Part shown: positions 1 through 7,465 of the stretch, piece by piece
How positions within the stretch are numbered: the stretch's first letter is position 1
Layout of the letters: the number at the start of each line of letters is the position of its first letter
Origin: Tidjanibacter sp.
Lineage (GTDB): Bacteria > Bacteroidota > Bacteroidia > Bacteroidales > Rikenellaceae
DNA length: 64,000 nt
Direction of reading: 5' to 3'
Assembly (NCBI GenBank): GCA_017521965.1
Contig: JAFXAY010000097.1
Span: forward strand, 13,370-77,369
The notes under the pieces: generated by a model
Databases searched by the model: none
The model's input: the letters and a program-made list of their open reading frames with translations, nothing else
Told to the model about the DNA's origin: nothing
Program-made: the position numbers and the translations under genes

Positions 1-494
1 GTCTAGAGTCTGGTCATATCCTCACCGATCTGCCTATGATGAGTGATCCTTTTGAGGCTACTGTTACTGGTGCAATTGCCGATTTGCATCATCTGGTAAG
101 TATCGTATTAGTTCCGGTTTTGGGAGCGGGTGAAACTATATATAGACCTCGTCTTAATGTAGCTAATAGCACCGGCGACAAGGTAATCCGCGGTCTTTTT
201 AATGTGGAATTCGATGGTGAAAATATCAAGTATAGGCGTTGGGCGCCCGGTGGTGATTTGGCATTTACTGAGGCAATGGGTTTTTCGAGTTGGTCTGCTT
301 CGAAGGAACTCCATCCCAGCAATCGTGCTTTCTTCCCATTTGTTGTTCTCCCCGGTGAGTATGACCATATAGAGTTCCAGGCGGTGCTCAATACTGCGAC
401 TGAGGAGGTGGTTAAGGGTGGCGAACTTTCCGATAAAGTGATTTACCCTGGTAAATATTATTATCTGTCATCTCCTCTTGTTTGGAATAATTAG
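1..494 (+). CDS. hypothetical protein, C-terminal part (open to the window edge)
   Basis: The frame of ORF 36..494 stays open back to base 3. No motif recognised. A terminator follows. Confidence 0.5.
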   Translation, partial: LESGHILTDLPMMSDPFEATVTGAIADLHHLVSIVLVPVLGAGETIYRPRLNVANSTGDKVIRGLFNVEFDGENIKYRRWAPGGDLAFTEAMGFSSWSASKELHPSNRAFFPFVVLPGEYDHIEFQAVLNTATEEVVKGGELSDKVIYPGKYYYLSSPLVWNN

Positions 495-514
495 AGGAGA
501 GCAATTAATGTATA

Positions 515-543
515 GAGCGACCACTGCGGTCGCTCTTTTTTTT
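515..543 (+). terminator. intrinsic terminator
   Basis: 8-bp stem GAGCGACC/GGTCGCTC, 5-nt loop, then a T-run at 536-543. Confidence 0.6.
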
Positions 544-563
544 ATCTCTCTCCCTTTTCGGAT

Positions 564-594
564 TTTGCAACTCTGCCAAAACTTTGTATCTTTG
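564..594 (+). promoter_or_regulatory. Bacteroidetes sigma-A type promoter
   Basis: TTTG (564-567), 19-nt spacer, TAtcTTTG (587-594), about 45 nt upstream of the ATG at 638. Confidence 0.5.
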
Positions 595-637
595 TTAGTT
601 GATTAGGAAAATTGTGCCCAATCATAAAACAGAAGCG

Positions 638-1375
638 ATGAACAATAGTGCAAAATACGATTTTACGATTATTGTCCCCGTTTACAACGAAGAGGACAAT
701 ATGGCTAATTTGGAGAGCAGGCTAAGTGCCTATCTCACTGAGGCTTCGGTGAGTGCGTGTATCCTCTTTGTCAACGATGGCTCGAAGGATAGTTCGCTCC
801 AACTGATACGCGAGGTGTGTGGTCGCAATCCCCACTTCTACTACCTCTCTTTTGCCGACAACCGTGGCCTGAGTGCTGCAATGAAGGCGGGTATCGACTA
901 TGCCGAGAGCCGCTTGGTGGGCTATATCGACGCCGACCTGCAAACTGCCCCCGAGGATTTTAACCTCCTGCTGGCCGATGCCGACGAGTATCCCCTCGTG
1001 CTCGGTATTCGCGTTGGGCGTAAAGATAGCTGGTTTAAGCGTTTCCAGAGTAAGTTTGCCAACGGTTTCCGTCGTATGATGACGGGCGACGGTGTGGCCG
1101 ACACGGGTTGCCCACTCAAAGTGATGCAGACTCAGTACGCCAAGCGCATACCCTTCTTCACCGGTATGCACCGTTTCCTCCCCGCGCTCATCCTGCTGCA
1201 AGATGGCGGCAAGGTGAAGCAGACCCCCGTGCGTCACTTCCCCAGAGTGGCGGGTGTGTCGAAGTTCTCGGTGTGGAACAGGCTCATAGGCCCCTTCAAA
1301 GATTGCTTCGCCTATCGTTGGATGCGCAAGCGCTACATCAACTACACCATTGCCGAACACAACTTAAACAACTAA
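638..1375 (+). CDS. family 2 glycosyltransferase, polyprenyl-phosphate sugar synthase type (ArnC/DPM1-like)
   Basis: ORF 599..1375, first ATG at 638. Motifs FTIIVPVYNEEDN, VNDGSKD and IDADLQ (DxD). Size is typical of this family. Confidence 0.85.
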   Translation: MNNSAKYDFTIIVPVYNEEDNMANLESRLSAYLTEASVSACILFVNDGSKDSSLQLIREVCGRNPHFYYLSFADNRGLSAAMKAGIDYAESRLVGYIDADLQTAPEDFNLLLADADEYPLVLGIRVGRKDSWFKRFQSKFANGFRRMMTGDGVADTGCPLKVMQTQYAKRIPFFTGMHRFLPALILLQDGGKVKQTPVRHFPRVAGVSKFSVWNRLIGPFKDCFAYRWMRKRYINYTIAEHNLNN

Positions 1376-1378
1376 CCT

Positions 1379-2047
1379 ATGCAACTGAGTGCTCTAATGA
1401 TTACTGCCATTGGTCTGTTGGCGCAGGGGTGTTTCTCGGCGCGAATACTTGTGCAGTGGATTATCTCCGAGAAGAGTGGCAAGGTGGAGTCGCCCGTACT
1501 CTATTGGGTGTTCAGCATCATCGGCTCGTGGCTCTTCTTGGTCTATGGTTGGTTTAGGAACGACTTCGCCATCATCTTCGGGCAGTTCATCTCCTACTAC
1601 ATCTACCTGTGGAACCTCCACAAAAAAGGGGTGTGGAAGGGTGTAAACCCACTGTTGAAGATTGTATTGCTGTTTACCCCCGTGCTGGCCGCTATCTTCT
1701 TGATACACAACGTTCACGACTTTGTGGAGCACTTCCTCCAAGCCGACAATATCCCCGTTTGGCTGTTGGTATATGGCTCGCTTGGTCAGTTGGTGTTCAC
1801 CCTCCGATTTGTCTATCAACTCTTCTACTCGGCACGTCGCGGTGAGTCACTCTTGCCCTCGGGCTTCTGGATTCTCTCGCTGGTGGGTTGCGGTATGATT
1901 ATTTCATACGGTATTATCCGTGCCGATGTGGTGCTGGTGCTCGGTCAGTCGGTGGGCTTCATCGCCTACTCGCGTAACCTTGTGATTGGTGCGCGTCACC
2001 GCAAGCAACATCTTGAACAACAAAATAGTGCAGCCGATGAAGCGTAA
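1379..2047 (+). CDS. membrane protein with two lipid-A-biosynthesis N-terminal (LAB_N) type repeats
   Basis: Two copies of the pattern xRxxVQWxxSEK...P..FW..S..G: ARILVQWIISEKSGKVESPVLYWVFSIIGS and a second, more divergent copy, TLRFVYQLFYSARRGESLLPSGFWILSLVG. Hydrophobic throughout. Confidence 0.8.
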   Translation: MQLSALMITAIGLLAQGCFSARILVQWIISEKSGKVESPVLYWVFSIIGSWLFLVYGWFRNDFAIIFGQFISYYIYLWNLHKKGVWKGVNPLLKIVLLFTPVLAAIFLIHNVHDFVEHFLQADNIPVWLLVYGSLGQLVFTLRFVYQLFYSARRGESLLPSGFWILSLVGCGMIISYGIIRADVVLVLGQSVGFIAYSRNLVIGARHRKQHLEQQNSAADEA

Positions 2048-3638
2048 TCATTGGATACTCCTGCTGCTGGTATGTGTGTCGGTAATCCCCGTGCTGATTT
2101 TCAGGGACTACACACCCTCCAACGAGCTGCGTTACCTGAGCCTTGCCGACGAGGCATTGCGCGACGGTAATGTGATGACTTTCTACAACCACGGTGAGAT
2201 TTATGCCGACAAGCCACCCTTGTATCTCTGGATTGTGATGCTCGGCCGACTGCTCTTTGGTGAGCACGTTATGTGGTTCTTGGGCCTCTTCTCGCTTGTG
2301 CCTGCTGCGGTGACTGTGGGTGTGATGAACGAGTGGTGCCGCGAGGAACTCTCGGAGCGTCGCAGTGCGGCGGCTCAGATGATGTTGCTCAGTGGCGGCC
2401 TCTTCCTCGGCTTGGCGCTCTGCCTGCGTATGGATATGCTGATGACTATGTTTATAGTATTGGCAATGAGGAGCTTCTGGCGGATATACTCGGTCGATGG
2501 TTACAGTCGCAATGCCGAGCGTGAGCGTTGGCTGCTCCCCATTTGGACCTTCTTGGCCCTCTTTACCAAAGGCCCCGTCGGGGTGCTTGTGCCTCTGGTG
2601 AGTATCCCCGTATTCCTCCTTTCGAGGCGCAAGTTGCGTACCATAGGTCGCTACTTGGGGTGGAGGTTTTGGGTCGTTATGCTCTCGTTGTGTGCCCTCT
2701 GGTGGGGTGGTGTCTATCTCGAAGGGGGGAGCGAGTATCTCAATAACCTCCTCTTCCACCAGACCATAGACCGCGCTGTCGATGCTTTCCACCACAAAGA
2801 GCCCTTCTGGTACTACCTGATTACCATTTGGTACTCGCTCTTCCCGTGGTCTATTTTTGTGATTTTCGCTCTTGTGGCAGCGTGGGCGCAAAGAAAGTGT
2901 TACGACGACAAGTCGGCACTCTTCTCGGTGGTGATTCTATCGACCTTTGTGATGATGTCGGCATTTAGCTCGAAACTTGCAGTCTATCTGCTGCCCATAT
3001 TCCCCTTTATGGTCTATCTCGCTGTGGCTAAGGCACCTGCACGAAGCCGATTGCTCCGCTGGACGGTGATTATCCCCGAGGCGGTGTTGGCGTTGGCTCT
3101 GCCCGCAATGATTGTCTGCGCCTGTTTGGAGCAGACAGCGTGGCTCGGTCAACCACTCTTCATTGCAGGTGGTGCTGTGATGACTGCATTTGCTGTTGTT
3201 GCGCTCGTCGTGCTGCTGCGTGGCAGGGATATGTGGGGCTCGGTGATGACAGCCTCGCTCGGTATGTTTGCCACAATCCTCGTGGCGGGTTGGCAGTTGC
3301 CGAGGGTGAACAATATGATTGGCTATGCGGTGATGTGTGAGCGCGCCGAGGAGATAGCCGAGCAGAACGACGCGACCGACTATGTGGTGTGTGGCGTGCG
3401 TCGCTCGGAGAATATGGACGTCTATCTGGGCGTTGTGCCCGAGGTGGCCACTGCCGAGGAGATTGTCGAGGGTAAGTGGTCGGGCTCGGTGCTGATGGTG
3501 CGCAACCGCAATCTGACGAAAGAGCCTCTGGCGGCCTATCTTGCCAATGTGGAGCGAGTGACCGAGGGCGACTACTCGATACTGTTGTTGCCCGAAGTGG
3601 TGACCCCGGAGGAAGTATTAACCATTGAAAATCAGTAA
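2037..3638 (+). CDS. ArnT/PMT-like GT-C glycosyltransferase (polyprenyl-phosphate-sugar dependent)
   Basis: ATG at 2037 overlaps the preceding stop. Many predicted TM helices. YADKPPLYLW motif in the first periplasmic loop. Confidence 0.8.
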   Translation: MKRNHWILLLLVCVSVIPVLIFRDYTPSNELRYLSLADEALRDGNVMTFYNHGEIYADKPPLYLWIVMLGRLLFGEHVMWFLGLFSLVPAAVTVGVMNEWCREELSERRSAAAQMMLLSGGLFLGLALCLRMDMLMTMFIVLAMRSFWRIYSVDGYSRNAERERWLLPIWTFLALFTKGPVGVLVPLVSIPVFLLSRRKLRTIGRYLGWRFWVVMLSLCALWWGGVYLEGGSEYLNNLLFHQTIDRAVDAFHHKEPFWYYLITIWYSLFPWSIFVIFALVAAWAQRKCYDDKSALFSVVILSTFVMMSAFSSKLAVYLLPIFPFMVYLAVAKAPARSRLLRWTVIIPEAVLALALPAMIVCACLEQTAWLGQPLFIAGGAVMTAFAVVALVVLLRGRDMWGSVMTASLGMFATILVAGWQLPRVNNMIGYAVMCERAEEIAEQNDATDYVVCGVRRSENMDVYLGVVPEVATAEEIVEGKWSGSVLMVRNRNLTKEPLAAYLANVERVTEGDYSILLLPEVVTPEEVLTIENQ

Positions 3639-3641
3639 CGT

Positions 3642-4157
3642 ATGAAACAACGCATACTCTTCGTGTGTTTGGGTAATATCTGTCGTTCGCCGGCCGCGCA
3701 ACACATCTTCGAGGCTATGGTTGAGGAGCATCGTGCGCAAGGCTCGTTGCTCAACAGCCGTGGCGAGGAGGTGGAGTTTGTGGTCGATTCGGCAGGGACT
3801 TACGGAGGCCACGCGGGTGATATGCCCGACAGTCGTATGAGAGCCGCCGGTGCAAGGCGTGGCTACACCTTCACACATCGTTCGCGCAAGGTGCGCAGCG
3901 ACGACTTCGAGAACTTCGACCTGATACTTGCGATGGACGACGAGAACTACGAGCGTCTGTCGCGCTTGGCTCCCACCATCGAGGGTGTTGAGCGTGTTGA
4001 GCGTATGATTGACTATATCCCGAACAGCCGCTACACATACGTTCCCGACCCCTATTATGAGGGGCACGAGGGGTTTGAACTTGTGCTCGATATGCTGGAA
4101 AAGGGGTGTCGCAACTTGTTGAATAAGTTGCTTGCGGAGCCCGAAGAGGCGGAGTAG
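3642..4157 (+). CDS. low-molecular-weight protein-tyrosine phosphatase
   Basis: CLGNICRSP (C-X5-R-S) P-loop near the N terminus and DPYY near the C terminus. 171 aa. Confidence 0.9.
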   Translation: MKQRILFVCLGNICRSPAAQHIFEAMVEEHRAQGSLLNSRGEEVEFVVDSAGTYGGHAGDMPDSRMRAAGARRGYTFTHRSRKVRSDDFENFDLILAMDDENYERLSRLAPTIEGVERVERMIDYIPNSRYTYVPDPYYEGHEGFELVLDMLEKGCRNLLNKLLAEPEEAE

Positions 4158-4176
4158 TCTGAGCCTTGTAGGTGGA

Positions 4177-5034
4177 TTAAGTCGCCGAGATAATCACTAT
4201 CGCCCCCAATGCTACACCAATTCCGAGTAGCTTGCGGGGCGATATTTTTTCGCCAAAGAGTGCCGCACCAAGTATTGTGGTGACCACCACTGCTGTACCG
4301 TAATAGATTGGATAGAAGGTGGTTGTGGGCAGATAACGCAAACCTTGCAGAGTGAAGAAGGTGGTCAGGAAGTTAAATGTGCCGAGCGCCACGCCGGCAA
4401 TGACAGTCCGTCGGTCCAACCTCAGTGCCTTGCTGCCCTCCTTGCGTAGGGTGTCGCCAGTGGCGAAGAGGAGTGCCGCGCCAAAGAGTAGCGGCTCAAC
4501 AAAGGGGTAGGCCTCGGTCGCCCCAAATGTGTGCTGCGATAGTTTGAGCGAAAAGGTCGAAAGACCTGACATCAGAAAGACCATAAATGGGAGCAACAGG
4601 TTACTCTGTCGGCTCCCTTTTTGTTGCGGCTCGTAGAAAATCATCACCATAGCCCCCACAACAAGCAGCACCAAGACTCCGCTCTTGGCACTCATCGGCT
4701 CCCCCAAGAGGAGCGCCGAGAGAGCAATAGGCACAACCATCGCTGCACGGGTGGCAATGGTCGTAAGTGCCAAACCCGCCTTGGCCGAGCAACGTGCGTC
4801 GAATTGCAGGGAGATGTAGAAGATAAGTCCGATAGCCACCGCCAAGCCAACCAAAGGGAGTGAAACCTCACTCACCGACGACCCCGTACCTGCCACCCTT
4901 AGCCAACCTATGGTGGTGGCAATCAGGTAGTTGATGATGATGGCTTTTGAGGCCGATATTCCCTTCACTGCGAGCAGTTTGAGGGTCATCATCAAGCCCA
5001 CAAGGGCGGTTACGGCGAGCAGAAGAAATCCCAT
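4177..5034 (-). CDS. EamA/DMT-family transporter
   Basis: 285 aa, about 10 hydrophobic helices in two similar halves. Confidence 0.7.
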   Translation of the reverse strand: MGFLLLAVTALVGLMMTLKLLAVKGISASKAIIINYLIATTIGWLRVAGTGSSVSEVSLPLVGLAVAIGLIFYISLQFDARCSAKAGLALTTIATRAAMVVPIALSALLLGEPMSAKSGVLVLLVVGAMVMIFYEPQQKGSRQSNLLLPFMVFLMSGLSTFSLKLSQHTFGATEAYPFVEPLLFGAALLFATGDTLRKEGSKALRLDRRTVIAGVALGTFNFLTTFFTLQGLRYLPTTTFYPIYYGTAVVVTTILGAALFGEKISPRKLLGIGVALGAIVIISAT

Positions 5035-5054
5035 AGCGGTCGGTGTGCGGGGCG

Positions 5055-6257
5055 TTATTTGTTGGTGCGACCCGGGTACTCGGCGAGTGCCTTACGCAAA
5101 ATCTCGACAGCCTCGCGGAGATCCTCCTGACAGAGTACGTAGGCCAAGCGTGCTTGGTTGCGACCCTCGCCCATAGTGTTGTAGAAGCCAGAGCCGGGGG
5201 CAATCATCACCGTCGTATTGTTCACACGGAACTCCTCCAAGAGCCAACGCGCAAAGCGGTCGCAGTCGTCAATGGGGAGGCTGACCATAGTGTAGAACGC
5301 ACCCGTCGGCATCGGCGAATAGACGCCCTCGATGCTGTTCAGGCCCTCGACAAGTGTGTTGCGACGTGCCACATACTCGTCGTGTACGCGGTGGAAATAC
5401 TCCTCGTCGATATCGTGTGCGGCCTCCACCGCAATCTGACCCAAGAGAGGTGGCGAGAGGCGCGCCTGCGCAAATTTGAGTGCCGCCTCGATGACCTCCT
5501 CGTTGCGGGTGACGATGGCGCCAATGCGAACGCCGCACATACTGTAACGCTTTGAGGCAGAGTCGATAAGTATCACGTTGCGCTCCAATCCTTTGAGCTT
5601 CATCACCGAGTAGTGCTCGCGACCGTCGTAGCAGAATTCGCGATATACCTCGTCGCAAATCAGGTAGAGGTCGTGGCGCTTGACAATCTCGGCCAGCTGC
5701 TCCAACTCCTCACGCGAGTAGAGTGTGCCCGTCGGGTTGCCGGGGTTGCAGAGTACAATGGCGCGTGTGGTGGGGGTGATGAGTCGCTCAAACTCCTCGA
5801 TGCGCGGCAGGGCAAAGTCGTTCTCGATGGAGGAGTGTATGGGGTCAACAATCACACCTGCTTGCGTGGCAAATGCGGTGTAGTTGGCGTAGAAGGGCTC
5901 GGGAATGATGACACGCTCGCCCGGGTCGATGCAGACCTGAAAGGCGAGGGTAAGTGCCTCGGAGCCACCGGTGGTTACGAGTATCTGGTCGGTGGTCAGC
6001 TCAATGCCGATGCGCTGATAGTACTCCACTATGCGCTTGCGCAGCGAGAGTATGCCCGCCGAGTGGCTGTAAGCATAGACAGGCTCGGAGTAGGCGCGGA
6101 CTGCCTCGATAGCGGGGGTGGGGGTGTGTATGTCGGGCTGGCCGATGTTTAGTCGTATGATTCTCACTCCGTCGGCTGCTGCCTTATCGGCATAGGGGAC
6201 AAGGCGGCGTATGGGCGACGAGGGCATTGAGTGTGCTTTTTTCGAAATCTCTGGCAT
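5055..6257 (-). CDS. class I/II PLP-dependent aminotransferase (aspartate aminotransferase-like)
   Basis: NPGNPTG and SASKRYSMCGVRIG (PLP lysine) motifs. 400 aa. Confidence 0.9.
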   Translation of the reverse strand: MPEISKKAHSMPSSPIRRLVPYADKAAADGVRIIRLNIGQPDIHTPTPAIEAVRAYSEPVYAYSHSAGILSLRKRIVEYYQRIGIELTTDQILVTTGGSEALTLAFQVCIDPGERVIIPEPFYANYTAFATQAGVIVDPIHSSIENDFALPRIEEFERLITPTTRAIVLCNPGNPTGTLYSREELEQLAEIVKRHDLYLICDEVYREFCYDGREHYSVMKLKGLERNVILIDSASKRYSMCGVRIGAIVTRNEEVIEAALKFAQARLSPPLLGQIAVEAAHDIDEEYFHRVHDEYVARRNTLVEGLNSIEGVYSPMPTGAFYTMVSLPIDDCDRFARWLLEEFRVNNTTVMIAPGSGFYNTMGEGRNQARLAYVLCQEDLREAVEILRKALAEYPGRTNK

Positions 6258-6412
6258 AGTCGTTCTCTTTTTAATTAATAGGTGAGATAGTAAACCTACC
6301 GAAAATTATGGACAAATATCAAAAAAAAAGCCGAGAGCACAAAAGAATATCGAAAAATGATTAATTTTGTCGAAGTGAAACTATTATTTAATCAACTAAA
6401 CCTATAATTACT

Positions 6413-6904
6413 ATGGCTTTTTGGAAAGAGTTTAAGACCTTCGCAATGAAGGGTAATGTGATGGATATGGCAGTCGGTGTTATCATCGGTGGTGCCTTTG
6501 GTAAAATTGTTACCTCGCTGGTTAACGATGTGCTGATGCCCCCTATCGGTGCGCTGATTGGCAATGTGAACTTCACCGACTTGAAGTTGGATATCTCGAA
6601 GGTGCGCGACGTGGCTGCTTCGGCTACCGACGCTGTTACCCGTGGCCTGACCGGTGCTGAGGCTGCTGTGGCCGAGGCTGCCGAGCCTATCTATTGGAAC
6701 TATGGCGCATTTATCCAGCAGTGCTTCGACTTCTTCATCCTTGCACTCTGCGTCTTTATGATGGTTAAGGTGATGAACAAGATGGCCGCTAAGCGCAAAG
6801 CCGAGGAGGCCGCTGTTCCCGCACCTCCCCCCGCACCCTCGAAAGAGGAGGTCCTCCTCACCGAGATTCGCGACCTGCTGAAAGAGCAGAACGAGAAGAA
6901 ATAA
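6413..6904 (+). CDS. mscL: large-conductance mechanosensitive channel
   Basis: N-terminal [30 protein letters not shown], a second TM helix and a charged C-terminal helix. Confidence 0.95.
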   Translation: MAFWKEFKTFAMKGNVMDMAVGVIIGGAFGKIVTSLVNDVLMPPIGALIGNVNFTDLKLDISKVRDVAASATDAVTRGLTGAEAAVAEAAEPIYWNYGAFIQQCFDFFILALCVFMMVKVMNKMAAKRKAEEAAVPAPPPAPSKEEVLLTEIRDLLKEQNEKK

Positions 6905-6931
6905 TCGTTGCGTAAGTTTATACTAAATAAA

Positions 6932-6961
6932 AGTCAACTCAAAAATGAGTTGGCTTTTATT
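6932..6961 (+). terminator. intrinsic terminator of mscL
   Basis: Stem AGTCAACTC/GAGTTGGCT (one G-U pair) followed by TTTT. Confidence 0.6.
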
Positions 6962-6990
6962 TGTTAATTAGTGTTTTATCGCTAACTTTG
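6960..6990 (+). promoter_or_regulatory. Bacteroidetes sigma-A type promoter
   Basis: TTTG (6960-6963), 19-nt spacer, TAacTTTG (6983-6990). No annotated gene for the next 320 nt. Confidence 0.5.
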
Positions 6991-7064
6991 CACTAGCGAT
7001 AATGTTGTGTTGTCGCTTTGAAATATTTTTGATGAAAGTGTATTAGCTTTTTCTTGGACTGAAA

Positions 7065-7201
7065 CCTAGGAAATTTCATTACCGAAAGAATAGCAACACA
7101 CTCGTCACTCCGTATTGATTAGTCAATGGGGAGCTTTTACCCCCATACTCATATCGATACGAGTGTGGGGTATTGTTTATTTTCGGTAACCGCTTCCTAG
7201 G
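7065..7201 (+). promoter_or_regulatory. 137-nt nested-helix leader element (candidate cis-regulatory RNA or palindromic DNA element)
   Basis: Four nested complementary pairs: 7065-7072/7194-7201, 7080-7087/7181-7188, 7097-7105/7159-7167, 7126-7131/7141-7146. Confidence 0.4.
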
Positions 7202-7314
7202 GCGTCAGTTCAAATAAACTAATCGGCTCCACACTTTCTTTTTGTTAACAATCCCCCATATTGGAGCGTATGGCTTTGAGTTGCAAAATTTATTAACTCA
7301 AACATATTGCTATT

Positions 7315-7449
7315 ATGAAAAAAGTTCAAGTGGGCTACCTCGCCCCCGAAGTAGAGGTGTACGAAGTGATTGTTGAACAGGGTATTGCTCAGACAGGTGC
7401 TGGTGCTGGTGAAGAGATTGGCGGTAGCAAGAGCGAAGGTATCTGGTAG
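7315..7449 (+). CDS. 44-aa small ORF (MKKVQVGYLAPEVEVYEVIVEQGIAQTGAGAGEEIGGSKSEGIW), not in the ORF track
   Basis: ATG at 7315 and TAG at 7447, 16 nt before the lipoprotein ATG. Translated by hand. Coding status unproven. Confidence 0.35.
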   Translation: MKKVQVGYLAPEVEVYEVIVEQGIAQTGAGAGEEIGGSKSEGIW

Positions 7450-7465
7450 AAAACAAGTAAAGATT

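Noticed and set aside
7370-7465. N-terminal extension of the lipoprotein ORF (start at 7370).
   Set aside because: The extension has no signal-peptide character and overlaps the small ORF in another frame. The ATG at 7466 gives a canonical lipoprotein signal.
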